This document shows positions 53,366 through 64,000 of a DNA stretch of 64,000 nucleotides, piece after piece; within the stretch, counting starts at the first letter, position 1, and every line of letters starts with the position of its first letter. The stretch is from Trichoplax adhaerens (taxonomy: Eukaryota; Animalia; Placozoa), in NCBI RefSeq assembly GCF_000150275.1, contig NW_002060969.1:580809-644808 (forward strand), written 5' to 3'. Made by a program: the position numbers and the translations under genes. Below the pieces are notes generated by a model that had not been told where the DNA came from, searched no databases, and was given only the letters and a program-made list of their open reading frames with translations.

Positions 53366-56300
53366 AGCGCAAAGTCAGTAATAGTAGCCATAGAGAATAC
53401 ACGTTGTGATTGCATAATCGTATTTGCGTTATCTTTGTATTTGAACTTTAAATTAATAAACGTTCGTGAGCTAGACTTGTTACGGCTACATTTATGGTGT
53501 TGAACGCTATGAGATAACCAAATTTTTACATTTTCTTAATAAAATACGTTTCATTGTCATAATGAGATCTACTGCTCTCATAAAAAGCCTCGAAATGGTA
53601 GCTAAATCATCTTTCATTAATTATACGATATTAAGTTCTTATTCAAATGTAAATTTTGCTATTAGTTCGATAATTTTGTATTATCGTAGTACTGCAGTCA
53701 ACTGTACATCATATTCAATGAACGAACCATGGTTTGACACATGAAATATCGTCTACTGGTAAAAAAATACGTATATATGCCATAGCAATCATATTAAAAT
53801 TTTCTGTTGCTAAAAATAATTTGATTGGACTGTTTAAGATTATTCACGTAAAGTAATACGTATGCTATTTAGTTTTAATCTTAAACCAAAAAAATATCAG
53901 AAATGAACATTACTATAGCACATTATGGAGAATTACATATTTGTGTCGATTAGAAACAGAATATAAGAAATATAGAATTATGGCTAAAGTAAAGCTCATG
54001 TCGATGTTTCTTACGTATAATAGCACCAAATAGCGCTGCTTGTATGTTATCAGATTACCGTATAACCGTAAAGATGATTAATCGATTTAGCTATGAGATC
54101 AATATCAGTATAATATTCATATGAATATTGACAATTCGTAAGAAGAAATGAAATTTTAATGCTGCATACTGTATTGCAAAGAACTAACCGAGTTAATTAA
54201 ATGAAAAATCGCCAAATGGTGCTACAACTATTAGATCACTTAACTACATGTGTAAGTTTTATATCTTTAATTTTGAATAGATATCCGTTAAACTCGAGCC
54301 TGCAATGCTATTTAGCGAACTAAGCATATAGTACTAGTAAGCTACAGCATACACAATTTTTACCGAATGCTATGCTTTATTTTTTATTTTTTTAAACGAT
54401 TTTTAGCACTGTAACGTTTGAAAGGCGATTAGCAATTCTATCGAATTTATACAAAAACATGCCAGAACACCGCTTATATATTGCCCTTTAACATAGTTAT
54501 GGAATTATTTCCTGACAACCTGCTATGGTATTAGGATACAGTATACAGTATAATGAAGTACGTGCTGACTGGTATATAACTCAGACTAGTTGCCGGATGA
54601 CAGATCACTATTCATTCCTGAGCTACCTTTAGTAAGAATGAGAAAAGATTTAGTTAAATTTTCATGAGGCTCTGCGAAAGGCAGTTGGATGCCTTGGCAT
54701 ACTATAATTAGATAACTATTGTAATGGATGTATAACTCTGTATCTAGCTGTACATGTAATAACTTTAAAAATCTAATTAAGTTAGCAAGTCTTAAAGGTA
54801 AAATTATAATCACGATTTCAAGATTTTCATGTAATCATTATCTACTGCAGTTAACTGAGATTTAAAAAAGAAACAGAACTTATTTATTTGATTCCCAGTG
54901 ACTATACTCTAACCCAATTTTGGATCCTAACGTAGTGCGATAGTATTACAATGTAGTACTAACGCAAGAATTACTTTCTATAATTATTATTTTAAGATTT
55001 CCCTTGTCCTCCTATTTATTAGTCTGTAAAGAATAAAAAATATGCCGTAACTGAAGGAATTGATAAGGTCAATAAACTTGATAATTCGTACGTTTGGATT
55101 TTTCAATGAATAAATATTTAATCTATTTTTTTGTTACTAAAATAGTAATTACTAATAAGAAATTACAAGCTATCCGTTCTGTTATCTGCTGAAGAGAAGT
55201 TTGTAACCGTGTAGTCAAGGAAAAAGTAATGAATGATATAATGTCTTAATTCAGTATATGGGTTGGTGCTAAGGTAGTGATCTCCAAACAACTTCGTTAA
55301 ACCCGCTATTAAGTATATAGCAAATAGGAAAATTTATATTAACTAACAAAATGTAAGCCGCAACTTAAAATCATTAAAAGTTGCTAAATAAAAGCGAAAT
55401 GGTAAATACTAGGCTGATTGCTAATCCTTCAGTTATTTATGATTTTTAATCATCTCCCTATTAAGCGAGCGTTTTATCGTATATGATCATGTACGGTTAT
55501 AAAGTTTTATAATTTTAAACTTTTCCAATAATCCAACAAAATATAAAATTTCGTGGCCTCATTGTTTTTTTTAGGCAAGTATATACGAATATTTGTGTAC
55601 TATTTATGTACCTTATGACATTCAGTATTTTTAAGGCTAGTCGTTTCTTTACAAACTTGATGATCAATACTTACAATAATCTATTACGATTGATATCACG
55701 TCTTATTGTGACGATTTATATAAGCCTAACTAATTATATGTAATCATTAAAATAATATATGAGGGCTATTATTAATCCAATATTAAAGCATTTAACAAAG
55801 CTCGGGCATATTTTTCAGAAAGAAATATTGCACCAAACAAAGTGATGTTATTTAATTGCTGTAAATAAGTTGCTATAATGGCGTTGTAAGAGTGGTATTT
55901 CCGATTGATTAATCTTCTATTTCTAAAACAATAACGAAAGTAATTCCAGGTGTTTTTCTTCCCATCACTTTACAATATTAAGCCGAGTCATGTACTATAC
56001 AAATTGCTCATATGGGTGAATAATGTCATCCTAAACATGTTTTTGACGCGTTAAAAAAATATACTTTATGAATACTTATGATCAACTGGCATCAAGTAAA
56101 AAATACTCCTTAAATTTAAATCTCCTGTTTAGTTTTGATATACTGTAAATACAGAACGTACTGTAATGGAAATAAATAATTGCGGTATTAAATATTAGTA
56201 TCGATCGGATGAACTCTTTAGTGATGGTACCGTGCTATTTTATAAGAAGCTAACACAAACAATACTGGTAATCACTATAATAGTATGTAACGGTTTTATT

Positions 56301-56812
56301 TGCTCATTCTTGAAGTCTCATATTAAACATTTTTAATTAAGAAGTAAACTGTGGCTTTGATAAAGTAGCAAATGTATAATGGGTAGGCTAGAGTGGAAGG
56401 TAAAATATTATAATTTAGCCAATCGCATCACTGCTAAATAATTTAATAAGTAAGGAAATTACTTCAAGCTTTTAAATTTAAGTTAATTTGATCATCAATA
56501 TTTAACTAAGAAATAAATAAATAATAAAGTTTCATCATCGCGATTATGGCATTCCTTCGTATAGATTTTAGAAATAAGTGGAGCATATATTATTTTCTTA
56601 AGTTCATACAATGGTCTTTGGAGCTTAAATAATTTACTAATTAATCTTTTAGAACATACGATGTGTATAAATAGAACATACGATGTGTATAAATATTGAA
56701 GTTTTGGAGTAGTAACCTCATTACAAAATTGCATCACTAGTAAAACTGGTGGACAAATAGTGTTATATCAAATAATTTGTCTCAGTAAAATTATTACCAA
56801 AAATTACTATTC

Positions 56813-59800
56813 ATGGACCATAAGATAAAAATTTTAGCATTGATAGTTATTGCTATTGCTGGCCTATCTTCAGGAAAATCGATGGTAAGTCAATGTTGAT
56901 AAGAATAATAGCATTCTATTCATTTTTAATTTTAAAACTTCTTTACCGTACTTGACATATGTCTCAAAATTAATACGACAAGAACTTCGATTCCTTCTAA
57001 AATTCGCTTTATTACATGAATAAAACTAGCCACTACCATTATCTACGTTTGCAGCGCCAATCAACACCTTTTCTAAATATTAGGCACCTGTATAATCTTA
57101 CTGTCTAATCTGTATACATGATCTATTTTGGGTTACACACTATACTCTTTAATACATTATTCGTTCTCAATTATTTTGCCGAGTAGATTTTATGTTCAAA
57201 TACTGTATGGAGTAGATATATTGATCAAAACCATAATTAAGTTATTGATGGTACATTATCTTCATCATAATTATAATTGATCATTTCAGTTTACTACAAT
57301 ACAAGAAAACATATTTGTTATCCAGCGACATAGAATCGAATGTTTGAATATAATATCGAAGGTTATTGTCTTATACTGTATGATACTCTTGCGATAATTT
57401 TGAGATTAGCCATAAATAAGATAAATTTACTGCTGATGTTCGATAGAATAGAAGATAGTGTAAAAATCTTACTATTAAATGAAAGATTACGCTATATGTA
57501 TAATCTGGTACTTAGACAGCAATGCTTTAGTAGAATTTAAACAAAAATTGATAAGTTTAGACTCATAGTGAACACTTATAGCTACTTCTTTAAACTTTTC
57601 TTTTAAGTTTTTCCGGTAACATCTACCGCTTAAATCATTATATTTTAGCGAATCATTTAATATTGCTTTCAATAGATATTAGACTTTATGAATTTATACT
57701 AATTTCTTATTCACCTATGAGTGCTCTTGTAGTAAATCTCTAAAAATATCAGATTAGTTTTATTGATGACATAATCAACTCTAATTGACAAACATAAACT
57801 TGAAATTTTATTATGCATAAATTATTATATTTGGATGTTAAAGAGTTGTTTAACTAAAAAATTCTTTTTCTTTCACTCTTAAACATCGCTTCTAGGATAA
57901 AAATGGGCGAAATACTGTTTCTCTTTGGACAGTTAGTATACTCATATATGCACATATAGATAGATTGAAATGATCTAGTGTCGCAAATTACCTATGAGTA
58001 AATCGTATTATTTTCTTTTATTGTCTATCTTCCCCGGATTACCGATTACTTATGCATTATTTTAATGTTAAACTTGACACAGTCCGCAGCTAGAGATTCT
58101 AAACTAGCCGAAAGGGTAAGTAATTATGAATGTACCTTTTAATATAATATTAAATATTCCAACGAGTTTACCATTACATTTTTACATTTTAAGAGAATCA
58201 TTCAGTAATGATAATTCAACGTAATTAGTATGACCAACATCTATAGTATACTATAGCATGCAATACAGTATACGTACTGTACATATACATGTATTGGCAC
58301 TATTATCAACAAATCTTGAATGCGAGATGACAATTTTTCGTCATCACTTTTGTATTTTCTTTAATTATTTAGTTAACCGCTTAAGTTATAATTAAGTGCA
58401 GTAATCCAAAACTCACTGTGGAAACAAAAAAAGCTTTAATAACATTTAGAATAACAAGTTGTTCGGTTGTTTAAAGCAAACACATTTGTTAAATATAGAA
58501 CGATCAACGAAAAGGCTATATCTATTGGGAAACCAAACGCGATGTTAGTCAAATTTAAAATTATTATGTCCTTTTTACAGTATTTTCATCCCAATATATT
58601 ATAATTACGCAGTTGCTACATCATTCGTGCGCTTTCTTAATTTCAAATTCGAAATCCTATTCATTGGCTTGATTTAGAATACTCTAATAACATTATGTTC
58701 ATTTATTGGTTAACAGTCGTGCTTTAAAAATGTATTTGATATATATTTCTACTTATTTTAAAAGTTTTCATGCATATGTAGTATTTAATTCAATTAAATT
58801 GTAGTTTGCGCTAGTTTTTGAAATACTTAAAATATATTATAATTCAGTTAAATCATTACTGTTCATATATATTAATTCAATATTTAACTAATTTCTTATA
58901 TAATTATGCCTTCAAATTAGGAAAATCCTGAGGTGAGCTTCTTATCGTTATAAATTCTTGTTCACAAATTTTATGAACAGTTTATTAATTAATCGATTTT
59001 CTTAATTTATACCGCTATTTATTAATCTATTTTACCTAAATGATATCCAGAATTGGCCGTTACTTATGTGCCATGTATTACGATCATATCTGATATCTAC
59101 AGCTATAATTCAAACTTAATTGATCTTTGCATATGCCTGATATTCTATATAATTATTGAATGTTATAATTAGGAAACTGTATTATAAATGCTCATAATCT
59201 CACTTATTCGATAATCTTTACACATTTAATATCGCATCTTAAGTAATATGAAACGATTACTACTTAGAAGATTAATATAAATCGGAACAGTATATCATTA
59301 CCGTTTACAGATATTAATCATTCGACATTTAATCGGTTCTTACGTATAGCTATGCTACTAAATTAGGGTAATCCTACCGTGAGCGAGCTTTCTTAACATA
59401 GGAAATTATCTTGCCAATATCGCCATAACTAACAAAAATTTATATTTCTTAATTTATATATCATCACGTGTTAATCTATTTATACCTGAATGACATAATC
59501 CAGAGCTTGGCATTTTTTAAACGCAAGGTATTAAAATCAAATCTAATCTCTATATTACAAATCTAGGCTTACTTGATATCGATATATTAAATTTTAAATT
59601 TTTCTGTTTATGAATCTATATTCATTTTGGAAATACTGTAATTGTAAATGTAGCATTTTATTCCTGGTCATAGATGATCACTAATATTTCTAAGTCCTTA
59701 TATAATAACTTGTCTTACCTTCACTTACCTATAAATAATGGTTCGGAGTTTAATAAAACGAGGCATAAGTCACTTATTTCTAAAATACTTATACGTAAAT

Positions 59801-61246
59801 AAGACGTATATTGATAGTATTGATATCAATTACGTACGCGTATACAAGTGACTGACTATTTAATTAATTTCCTATGTATGGCTACACGATGAAATCAGGA
59901 CAATTTATTGGTTAGTAGACCATAACTATAAATTCATCATTTCTCTCTAAAGCATAGAATTGTTGCTATTTTCTAAATTTAAGGCTATATGATACTATTT
60001 AAATTCATTGGTGTCTTTTCCTCTAAATTTAAGGAGGATTATCCTTTTTTCGGAAATAAAAAACGCCAAGATTATCCTTTTTTTGGAAATAAAAAACGCC
60101 AAGATTATCCTTTTTTCGGAAGCAGAAAACGCCAGGTCAGCTTCTATGATTGTTATAATATATATTACAATAAACAGTAACGAAAATTGATATTTAGAAG
60201 TTGCCCATTATAAAGCTAAGCGTAGTAATTTCAACAGGCATAATTAACAATTTTTTAGAATCATTCTATCAATGCTTATCTGTATTCAAACAGTATATAT
60301 TATTACACATTGTATCCGTATTGTGAATCCAAAGCAAAGCAGCCATTATTAATGAAACACCATAATTTGATGGCCATATTGACAAATAATTGAGATTGCT
60401 TCTCTTTAATAGTGTGCAATCCTCTCCTGCAGTATTATAGGCATAGATTCATTTCCTACATTAAAATATCGTTCTTTATTTAATGATGCCGTTGACTGTA
60501 CTGTACGTTAAGCATACAAATGTAAATTATTTCCCCCAAAATTCCTATTACTTTACACACTTATTTTCATTAATATTATGGGCTGATTTCCATGTTCTTA
60601 CATGGAAAATGGTGAGCTATTAATATTATTTAATAAAGTGAAGATCAATTAAATGAATAATTGAACTTTATGCTCCACTTGTATAGAACTTAAGGGAAGA
60701 TAAAGTGGACAGTTCGGTAAGTTATTTGTAAATAATGGTTGCAAATTATGTAATGATACGCATCGTACAGTATTAATATAGGAATATAAAGTGTTACTGG
60801 TTAATATCGCTCCTTTGAAAGCAAAAGTTTAATCTATCTGAATCGATAAACATGGCTATTATAGCTTAAAGTTATGATTATAATTATTAAGAGATATAAT
60901 TATTTTAATTAGGATGATATGTGGGATTTCCTTGAGAGAGATGTAAGTATATCACTACCATTTAGTCTGCTAAGTTTATAAATTTAACCAAGGTGAGTAT
61001 ATAAAGTGGTTACCAATAGTTTTGCTGTATGACTGCATAAATTTATGAACATTGATTATGCTAATAATGATGAATACTCAGTCCAATTAAACAGTATAAC
61101 AGCAATCAGGTCAGCAATTGTATAGCTGTTGATTTCAATTAAAATGATTTACATCGTAGCACTATCTGTTTAATGTTTTAATGTAGATCATTCCTTTTTG
61201 GAAGAGGAACCGATTGGCCTCCATTAAGAGGTCAAGAATGAATTAA
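56813..61246 (+). CDS. ELP: Endomorphin-like peptide (YPFF) precursor, 11 phase-0 coding exons, ~151 aa
   Basis: Exons 56813-56884 MDHKIKILALIVIAIAGLSSGKSM; 57896-57931 DKNGRNTVSLWT; 58083-58115 SAARDSKLAER; 58499-58543 NDQRKGYIYWETKRD; 58921-58932 ENPE; 59504-59527 SLAFFKRK; 59899-59910 DNLL; 60034-60135 EDYPFFGNKKRQDYPFFGNKKRQDYPFFGSRKRQ; 60687-60716 NLREDKVDSS; 60913-60942 DDMWDFLERD; 61187-61246 IIPFWKRNRLASIKRSRMN*. Confidence 0.9.
58915..59600 (+). repeat. Diverged intragenic tandem duplication (~450-bp period) inside the YPFF precursor gene
   Basis: AATTAGG..AATCCT...GTGAGC, TTTCTTAATTTATA, TTAATCTATTT, ACCT.AATGA, ATCCAGA, GTATTA recur at about 58915 and about 59361. Confidence 0.75.
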
Positions 61247-62040
61247 TGGTCCTAGCGGGTATCGCTACTTTATCTAAGTAAGTGTGCTGTTCAAGTTTAT
61301 CGATTTTATTAACTTAAATTTTCAATCTAAATTATAAATTAATAACTGTAATCCAACATTTATTATTATACGCATTTTTAACTTACTATCTTTACATAAA
61401 TTTTGAAGTAGTCACCTAGCAATCACAAGCATCGTTACAAAGGATAAATTTGGACATTGTAGTGGAAGTTTGAAGTTTAATGTGTCGTAACATGATAACT
61501 CGATTATTATGGACTCTTGTAACAATTTATTATAGTGGAAGTAATTTCTAGATTAGAAATGAAATCATATGTATATTTATAAATAATTTGGAGACTTGAA
61601 CTATTTAAATGTAGAAAAGATCTATGTCCCTGCTTAAAAATAAAATCGATGCAAGATTAACTTATTTCTAAGACGGTATATACTGTTTGTTTATGTAGAG
61701 TTTTTAAGATTTAATGACATAACAATCACCGAATGTTAATGTTTAGCAGCCCGCCCACTACTTCTGCCTTAATTTAGTTATACAGTTCAGTATATGTGAA
61801 GATTAATGTACTAATTATCTCGGTATTAACTCTAGCCTTTGTGAGAATATCTACTTTATCGCTCGAACACCTAGTTATCTCTAAGTCCAATGAAATATAT
61901 TTATATACAGTATGTACCCTCCTTTGCATAGTACTGTGCATCAGTGTATGATTAAGTATATAGAATGTTAATGCCTTAACGGTAACTTTGCAGTATGCAA
62001 AAATCCCTAACCGTCTCTCTCTTCAAACTCCCGGCTTTTA

Positions 62041-62328
62041 TACCCTCGACGGCGGATTATACCGTAGGGTGTATGTAGAATCTGTAGTAAACCCTTCTAA
62101 TACTTGGAAGCCCTAACCATCGCGGTTCTTCCTTATGGTCCTAACATAGCTATTCTGTGTCATATTGTAGGTTCTGCACTACTGTATTTACACCCTAGAC
62201 GGAGTATTACTGTAGGGTGTCTGCAGAATCTCCAATCAAGCCTATCATATACTTGGAAGTCCTAACCATTGTGGTTCATCCCCATGGTCCTAGCATAGCT
62301 ATTCTGTATCATACTGTAGGTACTGCAC
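62041..62328. repeat. Subtelomeric tandem duplication, 2 x ~150 bp
   Basis: Both copies share ACCCT.GACGG...GTAGGGTGT...TACTTGGAAG.CCTAACCAT...ATGGTCCTA.CATAGCTATTCTGT...TGTAGGT.CTGCACTA. Confidence 0.88.
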
Positions 62329-63929
62329 TAATCTTAGCACTTTCGAAATGTCAGTTATGTACTGTACAAGCAGTGATACGGTCGGTGTTCCTTCTTTAGT
62401 AGCTTCTTGTATAAGTCTGTTTGTATATAACAGTATATACTGTTATAGAATGCATAGACTAATACGTATTAATACCTATAAGTACAGTACTAGTAATATC
62501 GCCAACCGCTTCGCCGTCCGTTTATGTAAGTTAGGATAGTTTAGTAAATAATTCAATATATGCAGCACAATTCCAGCTGTAGTCAAGACGGATAGTTTAT
62601 GTACTTTATCTTTATTTACGCTCTGGTGTATACTCCTGACGTACGTATTTTGGACGTATACAGCACTTGAAAAAGGAAAAAATACGCGTATGGTTGGTTG
62701 GGTACCAGGCTCTACTGGATATGTTGTTTAGGTATACAGTAATTAGTGCACAGTATATCTCACTGGATACTTAGAGCTGACTTGTGAACTTAATTTACGC
62801 GCATTCTCTCCTTCCAATTAGCCCTATTCTTCTGACATAACCGAGCTAGCACGTTAAATCAGCACAATTTGGTATCTGACTTGCTATCAGTTATGACTTA
62901 GTAAACTGAAAAGGCTTCACATCTCTGATAACATCGATGCTTCAGTACCGTAAATTGAAGTAAGATAGTACTCCCTAGCTCTGCCATCGAGCGTTTCATT
63001 GCTAGCTTACATGCTTTTGCAGTCATTACGAGTATAAATTTTAGAGGGAGGAATGATAAATTCTTCTCTAATAGGAATTTAAGTTTATTACATAAAATTT
63101 AAATATACTGACTAGTCTAGAAGGCTCGAACTGAAATTGCTTGCAATTTAAGGGATTATTGCACTATAAAGCAATGCACCATTGGACATGTGAATGGACA
63201 GGGATAAACAGTAAATAGGACACTAAAGTATAATGAATGGTTTGACTTCGTCAATTATACTTACAAATATAAGAGACGTAACGATCTGTACTGATTAATT
63301 CGTAAATGAAGCAAAAAATAATTTATTGTAGATTACATTGAAGGTACGTCCTGAAATGGTTAATAAATTGATCTTATGTTATTAAAAGCCGCAAGGAAGA
63401 ACTCGGATTAATCCCATTAACATATTGCTATGGCTTTACTATAATTGCTAACTGGTCCGTTGCTACTTTTTCAAGACATAGTAATAATCACCGATATCTT
63501 AAATAGGGAAATGAATGATTCATCAAAAATTTAGCTATATCCAGAAGAGAAATTATTCCAAAATTTCGAAAGGAAAAAATTCTAAACTGGAGGATACTCT
63601 GAAATTATACTGGTCACAGTTTCGTAATTAAGCATTGTAACATTATATATTTCGTGGCGTAAAAGACCTTTTACTACGGTAACACCATGTATGATTAACT
63701 CAGAGTAATTTAGCGCAAGTAAGGTACTCATTAGGTGATATGAATCATTGCTATTGTATCTACCTGGATGACCGCAGCCATAAGCTACTAGAAGAAGGTC
63801 TTCTTTTAGTAGTCCATAGTGCAGCTTAAAATTATCTCATATCCTAACATGGATACGTGACCTAGTTCCTTACTAGCCCAATCTAGTAAACTAATTAAGC
63901 TAATTCCTTATGAATGAAACCTTAATCAA

Positions 63930-64000
63930 GGTTAGGGTTAGGGTTAGGGTTAGGGTTAGGGTTAGGGTTAGGGTTAGGGTTAGGGTTAGGGTTAGGGTTA
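63930..64000 (+). repeat. Telomeric (TTAGGG)n array, chromosome end
   Basis: About 11 perfect TTAGGG units run to the end of the window with the G-rich strand oriented outward. Confidence 0.97.

Noticed and set aside
59989-60180. Standalone 63-aa YPFF ORF starting MILFKF
   Set aside because: Its start and end lie in introns; the supported exon is 60034-60135 and the signal peptide is at 56813.

Overview
AT-rich, intron-rich animal genomic DNA ending in a (TTAGGG)n telomere; the peptide repertoire (QDYPFFG and GIPSITFG repeats) points to a placozoan (Trichoplax-like; inference). Conserved genes reconstructed by manual splicing: a secreted S1 serine protease, INCENP, TMEM138, SSBP1, a HINT2-like protein and HSPA14, plus a decayed IS3EU-like transposase. 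The main result is a subtelomeric cluster of four secreted prepropeptide genes, mostly invisible to the ORF track: (1) an apparently undescribed micro-exon gene (22.8-26.8 kb, minus strand) with at least 12 open phase-0 exons of 30-57 nt, four of which each encode one Q...Pro-rich...PIYFR-type peptide cassette; (2) the SITFamide precursor; (3) a two-exon precursor ending in EDQPPPYLYPRY-GR (RYamide-type); (4) the endomorphin-like (YPFF) precursor, built from 11 phase-0 exons down to 12 nt and carrying a duplicated pair of cryptic micro-exons, 2.7 kb from the telomere. All gene models were read by eye; no database search was run.
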